From: Calditrichales bacterium
GTDB taxonomy: Bacteria > Calditrichota > Calditrichia > Calditrichales > J004
DNA length: 64,000 nucleotides
Assembly: GCA_965267575.1 (NCBI GenBank)
Contig: OZ254086.1
Location: 992,001-1,056,000 of the forward strand
Reading direction: 5' to 3'
In this document: piece by piece, positions 54,203-64,000 of the stretch
How the letters are laid out: each line of letters starts with the position of its first letter
Numbering within the stretch: the stretch's first letter is position 1
Position numbers and translations under genes: made by a program
Notes under the pieces: model-generated
The model's database searches: none
The model's input: the letters and a program-made list of their open reading frames with translations, nothing else
Told to the model about the DNA's origin: nothing

Positions 54203-56116
54203 TTATTTATAGCTGCGTTGCGTCAGCTTCACGTTTTCGAAAACAAGCTCTTCTTTATTGAGCTTATGCTCCTTGTCGTCACCCTGGTATTCCCACACCG
54301 AGGCATAGGCATAATTGTCATCATCACGCAGGGCCTCGCCTTCTTCGGTCTGGCTCTCTTCACGGAAGTGACCGCCGCAGGATTCACTGCGATCCAGGGC
54401 GTCTCGCGCCATCAGTTCGCCCAGCTCAAAATAATCCGCCACGCGGCCGGCCATTTCAAGGCTTTTGTTAAGGTCCTTATCACTGCCCGGAACATTGACG
54501 TTCTTCCAGAAATCTTCTTTCAGCCTGGGTATCTCTTCAAGCGCTTTTTTCAGGCCCTCTTCCGTGCGCGACATACCTACATAATTCCACATGAGCTTGC
54601 CCAACTCGCGGTGGAACTCACGTACCGTTTTCTTTCCCTTTACAGCCAATAATTTTTTTACGCGATCGTCTACTTCGGCGCGTACGGCTTTAAAGGCTTC
54701 CGTGTCGGTCTTCAGTTCATCGGCGGGTGTTTCAGCCAGGTAATCGCCCACGGTGTAAGGCAGCACAAAATAGCCGTCAGCCAATCCCTGCATCAGAGCG
54801 CTGGCTCCAAGGCGGTTAGCTCCGTGGTCGGAGAAGTTGGCCTCGCCAGCCACGTATAAGCCCGGGATATTACTCATCAGGTTGTAATCAACCCACAAGC
54901 CGCCCATTGTATAGTGCACCGCCGGGTAGATGCGCATCGGCACCTCGTAAGGATTCTCTCCGGTAATTTTCTGGTACATGTCAAACAGGTTGCCATAGCG
55001 GTCTTCAATAGCTTTGCGGCCGAAATACTCAATGGCATCACGAAAATCCAGGTAAACGGCCAGGCCTGTTTCCCCCACGCCATAGCCGGCGTCGCAGCGC
55101 TCTTTGGCATTACGCGATGCCACATCCCGCGGCACCAGGTTTCCAAAGCTGGGATAGCGCTCTTCCAGATAGTAATCGCGCTCATCGTCCGGTATTTCGT
55201 TGGGCGGACGCTTGTCGCCTTTCTTTTTGGGCACCCAAACGCGTCCGTCGTTACGAAGGCTCTCGCTCATCAGGGTAAGCTTGGACTGGTGATCACCGCT
55301 TACCGGAATGCAGGTGGGGTGAATCTGCGTAAAGCAGGGGTTGGCAAATCCGGCGCCTCGTTTGTGGCAGCGCCAGGCCGCCATCCCGTTGGAGTTAACG
55401 GCGTTTGTGGAAAGATAGTAAATCGTGCCGTAGCCGCCCGTCGCCAGGATAACCGCGTGGCCGGCATGGGATTCAATTTCGCCGTTGGTCAGGTTGCGGA
55501 CCACGATACCTTTGGCCTTGCCATCTTCCACAACCAGGTCCAGCATTTCGCGACGGGAAAACATTTCCACCATGCCCTCATCCACCTGGCGCATCATGGC
55601 GCTGTAGGCACCCAGCAAAAGCTGCTGGCCTGTCTGTCCGCGGGCATAAAACGTACGTGAAACCTGTGCCCCGCCAAAAGAACGGTTGGCCAGGTAGCCG
55701 CCATATTCGCGGGCAAAAGGCACACCCTGGGCCGTAGCCTGATCGATAATATTATTGGCCACTTGCGCCAGCCGGTAAACGTTGGCTTCGCGCGAGCGGT
55801 AGTCGCCACCCTTGATCGTATCATAAAACAGGCGCCAGATGCTGTCGTTGTCGTTGGGGTAGTTTTTAGCCGCGTTGATACCGCCCTGTGCAGCGATACT
55901 GTGGGCGCGGCGCGGACTGTCCTGGATGCAGAACACTTTCACATTATAGCCCAGTTCCGCGAGCGACGCGGCAGCCGAACCACCAGCCAGACCGGTACCT
56001 ACAATCAAAACCGTATACTTGCGCTTGTTTTTAGGATTTACCAGCTTGAGCCCCGATTTATGCTTATCCCATTTTTCGGTCAGGGGTCCGCCCGGTATTT
56101 TGGATTCGAGTTTCAT
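54203..56116 (-). CDS. sdhA: Succinate dehydrogenase/fumarate reductase flavoprotein subunit
   Basis: [63 protein letters not shown]. Confidence 0.96.
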   Translation of the reverse strand: MKLESKIPGGPLTEKWDKHKSGLKLVNPKNKRKYTVLIVGTGLAGGSAAASLAELGYNVKVFCIQDSPRRAHSIAAQGGINAAKNYPNDNDSIWRLFYDTIKGGDYRSREANVYRLAQVANNIIDQATAQGVPFAREYGGYLANRSFGGAQVSRTFYARGQTGQQLLLGAYSAMMRQVDEGMVEMFSRREMLDLVVEDGKAKGIVVRNLTNGEIESHAGHAVILATGGYGTIYYLSTNAVNSNGMAAWRCHKRGAGFANPCFTQIHPTCIPVSGDHQSKLTLMSESLRNDGRVWVPKKKGDKRPPNEIPDDERDYYLEERYPSFGNLVPRDVASRNAKERCDAGYGVGETGLAVYLDFRDAIEYFGRKAIEDRYGNLFDMYQKITGENPYEVPMRIYPAVHYTMGGLWVDYNLMSNIPGLYVAGEANFSDHGANRLGASALMQGLADGYFVLPYTVGDYLAETPADELKTDTEAFKAVRAEVDDRVKKLLAVKGKKTVREFHRELGKLMWNYVGMSRTEEGLKKALEEIPRLKEDFWKNVNVPGSDKDLNKSLEMAGRVADYFELGELMARDALDRSESCGGHFREESQTEEGEALRDDDNYAYASVWEYQGDDKEHKLNKEELVFENVKLTQRSYK

Positions 56117-56129
56117 AGTGCGTCTCCTG

Positions 56130-56804
56130 TCAGATTATGTACATATAGATGGGTATACCGATAAAGCCGGCGGCCAGCGCGATGGCCAGAATGGTACCCA
56201 GCGTATACATAAGTGGTGTAAACTTTTTGCCAAACAAACCCAGAGATTGAAAGCCGCTCCAGAAGCCGTGGCTAAGGTGCGTTCCCAGCAAAACCATCAT
56301 AATGACGTAGTAGGCCACGTTAAGCGGACTCTGATAATAATCGTAAACCGTTTTGTAAAGATCGCGCATCTGCTGGCCGTCAATCTCGGTGTAATGAACG
56401 GGACCGAATTTGAAATTGTTAATATGCAGCACCAGGAAAACCGCCAGCAGGATACCCGTCCAGATCATCGAAGCGGTGGCGAAGCCTTTCTGGCGCTGCG
56501 GGACACCGGCGCTTTTATGGACGGCGTAACGGCTGGGCCGCGCCTTACGGTTTTGTACGGTCGCTACAACAGCATAGCCGATATGCAATAAAAGTGAGAT
56601 CACCAGGACGGCCTCCATAAAATAGACCAGTCCTTTGAGATTCTCCGTTAACAGGTAGGTGTATTTATTGAACGCGACCGGATCGTAATACAAAGCGAGG
56701 TTGCCTATCAGGTGCATTATAACAAACAGCACCCAAAACAGGCCCGTTATGCCCAGCAGATATTTTTTACCGAGCGTGGATGTGAATACTTTGGAAATCT
56801 GCAT
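56130..56804 (-). CDS. sdhC: Succinate dehydrogenase cytochrome b subunit
   Basis: Five TM helices with heme histidines: [30 protein letters not shown]. Confidence 0.93.
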   Translation of the reverse strand: MQISKVFTSTLGKKYLLGITGLFWVLFVIMHLIGNLALYYDPVAFNKYTYLLTENLKGLVYFMEAVLVISLLLHIGYAVVATVQNRKARPSRYAVHKSAGVPQRQKGFATASMIWTGILLAVFLVLHINNFKFGPVHYTEIDGQQMRDLYKTVYDYYQSPLNVAYYVIMMVLLGTHLSHGFWSGFQSLGLFGKKFTPLMYTLGTILAIALAAGFIGIPIYMYII

Positions 56805-56937
56805 CGATCCATCTCCGAGTTTGAATAATTGTTAAACGTCTTGAAACGGGCGGTTATTCGTTCGCGGGCATTACCCACAGTAAGGCTTAAATTTACGCCA
56901 CTCATAACACATCGGCAAACAATTTTAGCCCTTCTTT

Positions 56938-58065
56938 TTAGTAGTAGATTGTTTTTAAGCCGCGCGGCGCCCCGTTTTTAATCTCTGTGGCGATTACCTC
57001 GGTGGAAATCCTGCCCAGCAGCTGGCCGCGGTCGGTTTCCACGCTAACGCGCCATTCCCCCGCCTGCACGTTCTTTTTCCAGGTGTAGCCGCGGTAACCG
57101 CCGTCGCGCCCGCCGGTAATCGGGAAAGCGTGGCGGTCCGTGCTGACCCACTCGCCGCTTTTTTCATCAAAATACTGCCAGTTATGCCAGATCTTCGTTT
57201 CCAGAGCGGTAGGCGCAAAAACCGCGCTGAAGCAATAGACCGTATCGCCTTGCTGATAATAAAAATTACTGTCGTCATCTTTAAACCATTCGTACCAGGC
57301 GCCTTTTTCAAAAGTAAGTGCGTATTCGCCGTTGCTGCGCTGCACATTGTGGTAGATGCCCCCTTCTTTCAAAGACAAGGGCACCGGGGGGATGATGTTC
57401 GTGAAGTAGAAAAGATTGTAGAGGAAAGCGATAATCCCCAGCATTGCCGCGGTGCGCCGTATCTTTAATACAGAAGGATCGGGAAGGCTTTTGACCAGCA
57501 GATAAAGCAATCCCGCCATGAGCGCGGAGCTTACAAAACCGCTGAGCAAAAAGACCCAGGCATTGATGCTTTTTACAAGAACCGGGATAAAAAACACAAA
57601 AAATGAATAGACCGCCAGGTAATAGATGGCAAATTGCAGGCGGATGTTGTAGAGCCGGTTTTTGATAAACTCGTTGCCGACCAGCAATCCCGCGAGCAGC
57701 ATCAGGAAAAGCCAGCTGCGGTCCAGTGAGGCGCTGCGAAAATAGAACACCACAAAACTGCTGAACAAACCGCCAAAGAGAAACTGCAGCAGCAGCGGAT
57801 ACCAATCATCAAAACGCACCAGCCAGCGCGGGTTCCAGCGATCCTGCTGCTGCATATTTATTAGGTATATCAGAAAACCGGCAAAAAGCACATACAGGAA
57901 AAGAACAAGGTTTGTCAGAAAAAGGTCTATGCGGGTAAGCGTCAGGCTGTCCCAGGTAAAACCGGCCAGGAATGAGGCGACCGGGGCGTATTTCTGATTG
58001 CGCTCATAAAAAGCGCGGATGCGCGTCGTGGTGTCGCTGAATTTTTGAATGGCTCTGGATTTCAT
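56938..58065 (-). CDS. DUF2914 domain membrane protein
   Basis: GFTWDSLTLTRID, QFLFGGLFS, IIPPVPLSL, FSAVFAP, ITGGRDGGYRGYT, GEWRVSVET. Confidence 0.85.
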   Translation of the reverse strand: MKSRAIQKFSDTTTRIRAFYERNQKYAPVASFLAGFTWDSLTLTRIDLFLTNLVLFLYVLFAGFLIYLINMQQQDRWNPRWLVRFDDWYPLLLQFLFGGLFSSFVVFYFRSASLDRSWLFLMLLAGLLVGNEFIKNRLYNIRLQFAIYYLAVYSFFVFFIPVLVKSINAWVFLLSGFVSSALMAGLLYLLVKSLPDPSVLKIRRTAAMLGIIAFLYNLFYFTNIIPPVPLSLKEGGIYHNVQRSNGEYALTFEKGAWYEWFKDDDSNFYYQQGDTVYCFSAVFAPTALETKIWHNWQYFDEKSGEWVSTDRHAFPITGGRDGGYRGYTWKKNVQAGEWRVSVETDRGQLLGRISTEVIATEIKNGAPRGLKTIYY

Positions 58066-58140
58066 GAAAGGGGCAACGCCGGTTCAGGTTACGTGCCCCT
58101 AATCTACGCACGGTTTGTTTTAGATAAAATGCAAAGGGCA

Positions 58141-58378
58141 AGAAATGTGCTAGCGTGTTAAGGTGTTAATGTGCTTCTCTTTTAGGGGAGTTGAGCGAAA
58201 GCGCTTTCCGTTGCGCCATGCCGGGAATCACCGAACGTAGATCCAGTTGCTGGCTGGCCGATAGGCCGGGATGACATCAAGCGGGAATATAACTGTCATC
58301 CCGGTCTTAGCACCGGAGTCTCTACACTCTTACAGCAAACACTAACACATTAACACTTTCGCACATTAACACATTTCT
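58141..58378. repeat. MITE-like composite: imperfect 33-bp terminal inverted repeats enclosing a REP-like doublet
   Basis: agaaatgtgctagcgtgttaaggtgttaatgtg versus the reverse complement of 58346-58378 (agaaatgtgttaatgtgcgaaagtgttaatgtg); internal ccgggatgaca...tgtcatcccgg. Confidence 0.55.
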
Positions 58379-58381
58379 ACA

Positions 58382-59317
58382 CTATCCTGCCATGGCGGCT
58401 TTGGCATAGACCCGGTCCAGCCAGAATTCATACCCGGACAGGCGGCCGTGTATAAGCTGATGATAAGCCTTTTGCAGATCGTCACAAACAAGCCCCATAC
58501 TGCCACTGCCAATGCGGCGGTGGTCTATTTCGCGAAGGGCAATGACCTCGGCGGCCGTGCCGCTTACAAAAACCTCATCGGCCACGTAAAGCTGGTCGCG
58601 GGTCAGTTCTTCCTCAACGACATGATAGCCCTTGTCACGTGCCAGCCGGATCACCGTATCGCGGGTAATACCTTCCAGGACGGTATTTTTGGGCGGTGTA
58701 TAAATAACGCCGTCACGCACGATGAATATGTTCTCACCGGTACATTCGGAGACGTTGCCGTGCAGGTCCAGCATGATCGCTTCATCAAAGCCGGCACGGA
58801 TGCTTTCCGTCTTGGCCAGCACCGAGTTGACATAATTACCGGCGATCTTTCCTTTGGTCATGGCAATATTCTGGTGGTGCCGCGGGTAGGATGAGACGTT
58901 GGCACGGACGCCGTTGTTAAGCGCCTCCTCGCCCAGGTAGTTGCGCCATTCAAATGCCGCGATGGAAGCTTCCAGACGGGTGTTGTCCACGGAAAGGCTC
59001 CAGCCGCCTTCACGAATATAGATCAACGGTCGGATGTAGCAATCTTCCAGTTTGTTTACGCGCACCAGCTCAAGCACCGCGTCATAAAGCAATTCCGGGC
59101 TGTAAGGCAGATCGCGGAATCCCAGGATTTCCGCGCTTTTGTAAAGACGGCGCAGGTGGTCTTTTAAACGAAATACGGCCGGACCGCTTTCTGTACTGTA
59201 AGCGCGTATGCCTTCAAAAACCGCCGTTCCATAATGCAATGAACTTGTCATAAAAGGCAGCAACGCCTTCTCCTCCTCAACGAGTCGTCCTTCGAACCAG
59301 GTAAATTTGGAGCTCAT
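58382..59317 (-). CDS. ilvE: Branched-chain amino acid aminotransferase
   Basis: SLHYGTAVFEGIRAY, CYIRPL, KIAGNYVNS, ECTGENIF, LEGITR, ADEVFVSGTAAE. Confidence 0.95.
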   Translation of the reverse strand: MSSKFTWFEGRLVEEEKALLPFMTSSLHYGTAVFEGIRAYSTESGPAVFRLKDHLRRLYKSAEILGFRDLPYSPELLYDAVLELVRVNKLEDCYIRPLIYIREGGWSLSVDNTRLEASIAAFEWRNYLGEEALNNGVRANVSSYPRHHQNIAMTKGKIAGNYVNSVLAKTESIRAGFDEAIMLDLHGNVSECTGENIFIVRDGVIYTPPKNTVLEGITRDTVIRLARDKGYHVVEEELTRDQLYVADEVFVSGTAAEVIALREIDHRRIGSGSMGLVCDDLQKAYHQLIHGRLSGYEFWLDRVYAKAAMAG

Positions 59318-59322
59318 CCCTG

Positions 59323-60912
59323 TTATCCTTTCGCTAATTGTTTCTGCTCTGAAAAAGCATAGAGTTTATAAAGTTTGTAATTCAGGCTGTCGCTCAAAGC
59401 CTGCAGGCTGGCCTTGATGATGTCCTCGGATAGACCCACCGTGGACCAGGCCTCATCGCTGTCGCCGGACTCCACAAGCACGCGCACCTTGGCGGCGGTG
59501 CCGTTCTTCTCACCCAATACACGCACCTTGTAGTCCAAAAGCTGCACCGCCGATATCTCGGGGAAGAAACGTAACAGAGCCTTGCGCAGCGCGTTGTCCA
59601 GGGCATTTACCGGACCGTTGCCGTCGCATGCGGTATGCTCTTCCTCATTGCCCACGCGCACTTTCAAAACCGCTTCGGAAAGGCCGTGATCCTGGTCGTC
59701 GCTAAAGGAGTTTACCTTTGCGTAGCCGATTTCGAAATAGGGTTCATAAACGCCCAGTTCCTTCTGTAGCAGCAACTCAAAGGAAGCCTCGGCGCCGTCA
59801 AACTGAAATCCTTCAAACTCTAGCGACTTAATATGCAGGACGAAGTTGCTGTTAAACTCCCGGCCACCCGGTATCTCAATGCCCAGTTCTTTTGCTTTGT
59901 AAAGAATGTTACTCTGCCCGGAGAGATCGGATACCAGCACGTTGCGCTTGTTTCCCACCCGCACAGGATCGATATGTTCGTACATGCGCGGGTCCTTTAG
60001 CACGGAGCTGACGTGAATGCCGCCCTTGTGCGCAAACGAAGATTTGCCAACGAAAGCCGCGCGGTTATTTGGCACCAGGTTAATCACTTCATAAACGAAA
60101 TGAGCCAGGCTCGTTAACTCGTTCAATTCAATTTGCGGATTTACTTTCTTTGCCTGTTTAAGCATCAGGTTGGGTATGACGCTGCACAGATTGGCATTGC
60201 CGCAACGCTCGCCGATACCGTTGATCGTTCCCTGCACGTGTGTCGCTCCCGCATCGACAGCGGACAGCGTGTTGGCTACAGCCAGCTCACCATCGTTGTG
60301 GGTGTGAATGCCCAGCGGGGCGCGCACATACGTCCTTACATTGCGCACAATCTCAGCTACTTCGTAAGGCAGCGAACCGCCGTTGGTGTCGCACAAGACG
60401 ATCGTTGAAGCGCCGGCATCTTCCGCCGCTTTAAGCATGCGCAGCGCAAATCTGCGGTCGTCCTTGTAGCCATCGAAAAAATGCTCGGCGTCAAAGATAA
60501 CATCGCGGCCGTGGGCCACAAGGAAGGCGACCGAGTTGTAGATCAGCGCCGCATTTTCATTGTCATCCAGCCCGAGGCTGACCTGCGAATGAAAGCGCCA
60601 CGTTTTGCCAAAAACCGAAACGCAGGGTGTTTCCGCACGCAGCAAGGCGTTGAGGTTGGTATCTTCACTGACCTTGCCGGGATAACGCGCGGTGGACCCG
60701 AATGCGCAAATCCGGGTCTGCCTGAGCGTTCTTGTTTTCACCGCGCGAAAGAATTCCTCATCTTTTGGATTGCTTCCCGGCCAGCCGCCCTCGATGATGT
60801 CAATGCCAAAATCATCCAGGCGTTCGGTTATTTCCAGCTTGTCATACAGCGAAAGCGATACGCCCTCGCCCTGTGTTCCGTCTCGTAGTGTTGTGTCAAA
60901 TAGCTCTATCAT
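59323..60912 (-). CDS. cimA: Citramalate synthase
   Basis: DTTLRDGTQGEG, EGGWPGSNPKD, FDAEHFFDGY, LCDTNGG, HTHND, GERCGNAN, FAHKGGIH, SDLSGQSN, DYKVR. Confidence 0.93.
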   Translation of the reverse strand: MIELFDTTLRDGTQGEGVSLSLYDKLEITERLDDFGIDIIEGGWPGSNPKDEEFFRAVKTRTLRQTRICAFGSTARYPGKVSEDTNLNALLRAETPCVSVFGKTWRFHSQVSLGLDDNENAALIYNSVAFLVAHGRDVIFDAEHFFDGYKDDRRFALRMLKAAEDAGASTIVLCDTNGGSLPYEVAEIVRNVRTYVRAPLGIHTHNDGELAVANTLSAVDAGATHVQGTINGIGERCGNANLCSVIPNLMLKQAKKVNPQIELNELTSLAHFVYEVINLVPNNRAAFVGKSSFAHKGGIHVSSVLKDPRMYEHIDPVRVGNKRNVLVSDLSGQSNILYKAKELGIEIPGGREFNSNFVLHIKSLEFEGFQFDGAEASFELLLQKELGVYEPYFEIGYAKVNSFSDDQDHGLSEAVLKVRVGNEEEHTACDGNGPVNALDNALRKALLRFFPEISAVQLLDYKVRVLGEKNGTAAKVRVLVESGDSDEAWSTVGLSEDIIKASLQALSDSLNYKLYKLYAFSEQKQLAKG

Positions 60913-61022
60913 TTTCGCTCCCTTCTACTAATCTTGATCATGATCATGCTCCTGCTCATGATCTCAGAACCATCTTTTTCATTTTCTTTTTCTTTATCAT
61001 TCTCATTGCTGCTCCCGTCAGT

Positions 61023-61184
61023 AGATCCCGGTGTTGGCTATTCGCCAAACCCCACAAAGAGACATCGGGACAGACCGGGATGATAGCAAAGGTGGTACGC
61101 CTGTTACCCCGGCCCCGGCACCGGAGCCTCTTCACCCTCACAGCCGGAGATCCCGGTGTTGGCATTCGCCAAACCGGGATGACA
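61023..61184. repeat. Cluster of REP-like palindromes (AGATCCCGG...CCGGGATGACA family)
   Basis: Units at 61023-61051, 61075-61085 (partial), 61102-61130 (inverted partner) and 61148-61184. Confidence 0.75.
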
Positions 61185-61191
61185 AGGCAAC

Positions 61192-61755
61192 TTATCCCGC
61201 AATCAGTCCCGTCTTGCGGGCAAAGGGGAACAGTCCGCCGGCCTCGATAACCGGCAGCACATCGCCCAGCTCGTTCAGGCGCCACTCTTTGCCGCTGCCG
61301 TGGTTTCGCAAAACCGACGCCTCCAGATCGACCTCCAACTCATCGCCGCTAGCTACCTGTGTATTGAGACCCGTGGGTCCTTCCAGCGGCAACACAAAAC
61401 CGCCATCAACGGCGTTACGGTAAAAAATGCGCGCGTACGATTCGGCGATCACAGCTTTTACGCCAGCCTTCTGCAAAGCAAACGGCGCGTGCTCCCGCGA
61501 TGAACCACAGCCAAAATTCGAGCCGCCAACAATTATCCGGAATTCCGATAAATAGTTATCGCCCTGAATAAAAGGAATCCCCCCTTTGGGCAACCCCGAT
61601 TGATTCAGCGGCACCGCCGAGAGGGCAAAATGCCCGTACTTTTTGGATTCTTCTTCGTCGGCCATGTTATAAACCAGGTGTTCCGCCGGGATGATCTGGT
61701 CGGTATCGATGTTATTTCCAAGAACAAATGCTTTTCCGCGTATGGTTTTCTGCAA
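61192..61755 (-). CDS. leuD: 3-isopropylmalate dehydratase small subunit
   Basis: NIDTDQIIPA, NFGCGSSREHAP, AESYARIFYRN, EAGGL; TTG start with AGGAG RBS. Confidence 0.93.
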   Translation of the reverse strand: MQKTIRGKAFVLGNNIDTDQIIPAEHLVYNMADEEESKKYGHFALSAVPLNQSGLPKGGIPFIQGDNYLSEFRIIVGGSNFGCGSSREHAPFALQKAGVKAVIAESYARIFYRNAVDGGFVLPLEGPTGLNTQVASGDELEVDLEASVLRNHGSGKEWRLNELGDVLPVIEAGGLFPFARKTGLIAG

Positions 61756-61840
61756 TTTATTTTTCTCCTTTTTTATTTTCAGGCAGTGGCGGCCATGTGG
61801 TGAACCTGTCTTTCTCCGGATATCTTATTGAATGTGTTCT

Positions 61841-61878
61841 CCCCTTCCCTTGGCCAAGGGAAGGGGTTGGGGGATGGG
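61841..61878. repeat. Perfect 26-bp palindrome with G-rich tail (second REP-like family)
   Basis: ccccttcccttggccaagggaagggg then ttgggggatggg. Confidence 0.65.
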
Positions 61879-61920
61879 TTTCCAAGCCGTGCTACCCAAT
61901 ATCCTTCCCGTTTTAGCGGA

Positions 61921-62055
61921 AGATCCCGGTGTTGGCTTGTCGCCAAACCGGGATGACATTCTAGGAAGCACTTGTCACCCCGGTCTTTGCACCGGGGTCT
62001 CTTAATGCACACCGCAGCAGATCACGGTGTGGCCTGGCCGCCAACGGGGATGACA
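61921..62055. repeat. Cluster of REP-like palindromes, same family as 61023-61184
   Basis: Units at 61921-61958, 61973-62001 (inverted partner) and 62019-62055. Confidence 0.75.
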
Positions 62056-62132
62056 GCTCCGGCCTTTACAATTCCCCTTTGGTTCTCCCTTCCACTGATT
62101 CATTAGTTCAACAATCCATCAATTCATTTTCT

Positions 62133-63431
62133 TTAACTCATAACATCCCGCGGATCCGTAATAACCCCGCGGATGGCTGAGGCGGCCACGGTCAACGGCG
62201 AAGCCAGGTAAACCGAGGATTTACGGCTGCCCATGCGTCCGGGGAAATTGCGGTTGGTGGTCGAGATCACGACATCATGATCCACCGAGCGTCCCACCGT
62301 GTCCGCCGGCCCGCCGAGACAGGCCGCGCAGGAAGATTGTGCGATCGTGCAGCCCGCCGAGCGGAAAATTTCCAGTAGGGAAATGCCTTTCCAGGTTTCC
62401 GCTTCCAGCTGCCGTGCCACTTCCGTACTGGCCGGAACTACAAATGTGGGTACTTTCACTTCTTCGTTTAACAACAACATCGCCGCCGCCTTGAAGTCGG
62501 TAAGCTTGCCCCCGGTGCAGGATCCGATGTAGCATTTGGTCAGCTTTGTGCCGGCCACGCTGCGCACGGTATCACGATTGTCCGGGCTGTGCGGCTTGGC
62601 CACCAGCGGCTCCATCGTGCTTACATCATAGCGATACCGGCTAAGGTAGTTGGCGCCCGGGTCGCTTTTAAAAACTTCATAAGGTCTGGAGGTGCGCGCG
62701 CGGATAAAAGCCTCGGTCACTTCGTCAGCAGCAATAATGCCGTTCATGCCGCCGGCTTCAATGGCCATGTTGGTCAGTGTCATGCGCTCGTTCATTTCCA
62801 GCGCGTATACCGCTTCACCGTCAAACTCCATGGCGCGGTATGTAGCGCCGTCGGTCGTGATATCACCCAGGATTTGCAGGATCATATCCTTGGCCATCAG
62901 GTAAGGCGGCAGCTCGCCGTCAAAGGTAAAGCGCAGCGACTCCGGCACTTTTTCCCAGATACGTCCCGTGCCCAGAATAAATGCCGCGTCGGTGTTGCCC
63001 ACGCCGGTGGCGAACATGCCAAAAGCGCCGGAGGTGCATGTGTGCGAATCGGTGCCAAACAAAACCGTGCCGGGCAGATTGTAGCCCTCTTCCGCCAGCG
63101 CAATATGACACACGCCCTTGTAGCGCTCGGTGCCCACATCATAGTAATTGGGCAAATCGTACTCCTGCGCGAAGGAGCGCAAAAAGGAAACATTGCGGTT
63201 GGCGTTGGCATTGGCCGTAAAGATGTAGTGATCCGGAAAGATGACCAGTTTTTCTTTGTCCCAAATCCGCGCCTGCTCGCCGAATTCCTTTTTCCAGATC
63301 TGCACAGTGGGCGGACCGCAAACATCATGGGTCATCAGCACGTCCACGTCCAGCCAGACAGTCTGGCCCGGCTTCACCTCCTTTTTGCCGGCCCCTTTGG
63401 CCAGTATCTTTTCCGTAATTGTCATCGCCAT
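62133..63431 (-). CDS. leuC: 3-isopropylmalate dehydratase large subunit
   Basis: MTITEKIL, MTHDVCGP, PDHYIF, GVCH, GTDSHTCTSGAFG, YIGSCTGG, CAACLGG, STTNRNFPGRMG, LASP. Confidence 0.95.
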   Translation of the reverse strand: MAMTITEKILAKGAGKKEVKPGQTVWLDVDVLMTHDVCGPPTVQIWKKEFGEQARIWDKEKLVIFPDHYIFTANANANRNVSFLRSFAQEYDLPNYYDVGTERYKGVCHIALAEEGYNLPGTVLFGTDSHTCTSGAFGMFATGVGNTDAAFILGTGRIWEKVPESLRFTFDGELPPYLMAKDMILQILGDITTDGATYRAMEFDGEAVYALEMNERMTLTNMAIEAGGMNGIIAADEVTEAFIRARTSRPYEVFKSDPGANYLSRYRYDVSTMEPLVAKPHSPDNRDTVRSVAGTKLTKCYIGSCTGGKLTDFKAAAMLLLNEEVKVPTFVVPASTEVARQLEAETWKGISLLEIFRSAGCTIAQSSCAACLGGPADTVGRSVDHDVVISTTNRNFPGRMGSRKSSVYLASPLTVAASAIRGVITDPRDVMS

Positions 63432-63433
63432 CT

Positions 63434-64000
63434 TCAGGCGCTCCTTTCCGTTTCCAAAACCTGTTGTTGATTCTCTTTTTCCGATTCGCTCAGCGCCTGG
63501 TTGAACACGTGGATCAACGCTTTGGCACTGGCCTCAACGATGTCTGTTGAAATGCCGCGACCATTGTAATAGTGTATGCCCGTATTGACGCGCACCTGCA
63601 CTTCACCCAGCGCTTCCCGTCCGGCAGTAATGGATCGCACGTGGTAGGATTCGATCGCAAAGTTGCTTTCCAGCGCCCGTTCAATGGCGTTGAAAACCGC
63701 GTCCACCGGCCCGTCGCCCGTGCACGATTCGCGAAACACCTCTTCCCCGGCGCGGATGAGCACGGTGGCTGTGGGGATAACCGCGTTGCCCGTACTGACC
63801 TGTAGTTTTTCCAGCGTGTAATATTGCTTCAGGTCGCGGGCCTCGTCGCCCATCAGCACGCGCAGGTCGTCGTCAAAAACCTCTTTTTTCTTATCCGCCA
63901 GCTCGGTGAAGCGCTGGTAGACGTTGTCCAGCTCTTTTTCATCCGGCGTATAACCAAGGCTGGCCAGGCGCGATTTCAACCCGTGGCGCCCGGAGTGCCG
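63434..64000 (-). CDS. leuA: 2-isopropylmalate synthase, 3' part (start outside the window)
   Basis: RHSGRHGLKSRL, LADKKKEVFD, GDGPVDA, ALGEV, STDIVEASAKA regulatory domain. Confidence 0.92.
   Translation of the reverse strand, partial: RHSGRHGLKSRLASLGYTPDEKELDNVYQRFTELADKKKEVFDDDLRVLMGDEARDLKQYYTLEKLQVSTGNAVIPTATVLIRAGEEVFRESCTGDGPVDAVFNAIERALESNFAIESYHVRSITAGREALGEVQVRVNTGIHYYNGRGISTDIVEASAKALIHVFNQALSESEKENQQQVLETERSA

Noticed and set aside
60873-61285. ORFs crossing the cimA-leuD spacer, including a possible leader peptide
   Set aside because: They translate repeat DNA; there is no Leu/Ile/Val-rich leader with attenuator geometry
61023-62055. Possible CRISPR array (recurring 37-bp palindromic units)
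   Set aside because: Units are degenerate, alternate in orientation, are irregularly spaced and are split by leuD; no cas genes are present. They fit REP-like repeats.

Overview
Gene-dense chromosomal window from a diderm bacterium. The gene content (FlgD/T9SS-like C-terminal sorting domains, PorV-like barrels, a GWxTD protein, FadL barrels, the three-gene sdhCAB type) suggests an FCB-adjacent lineage such as Calditrichota; this is inference only. About 45 CDS were called. No rRNA, tRNA, CRISPR array or transposase was seen. Housekeeping content: mnmD, hinT, glycerate kinase, htpG, prkA-DUF444-spoVR, sdhCAB, and leuA-leuC-leuD-cimA-ilvE. The most unusual features are: (1) a 1794-aa protein that fuses two tandem fold-type-I PLP aminotransferase domains to a complete but divergent PEP-carboxylase-like domain, encoded 8 nt downstream of a membrane-anchored SPFH/flotillin gene; (2) a six-gene operon that looks like an extracellular nucleic-acid capture and scavenging locus (lamin-tail/OB-fold surface protein, PorV-like barrel, helix-hairpin-helix outer-membrane protein, second barrel, periplasmic 5'-nucleotidase, plus an inserted GxxExxY gene); (3) a histidine kinase with an integrin-like FG-GAP plus ASPIC/UnbV ectodomain, whose sigma54 regulator, candidate enhancer sites, promoter and output genes are all adjacent; (4) several intergenic repeat families around the leu genes. 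All domain calls come from motif recognition by eye; no database search was run.
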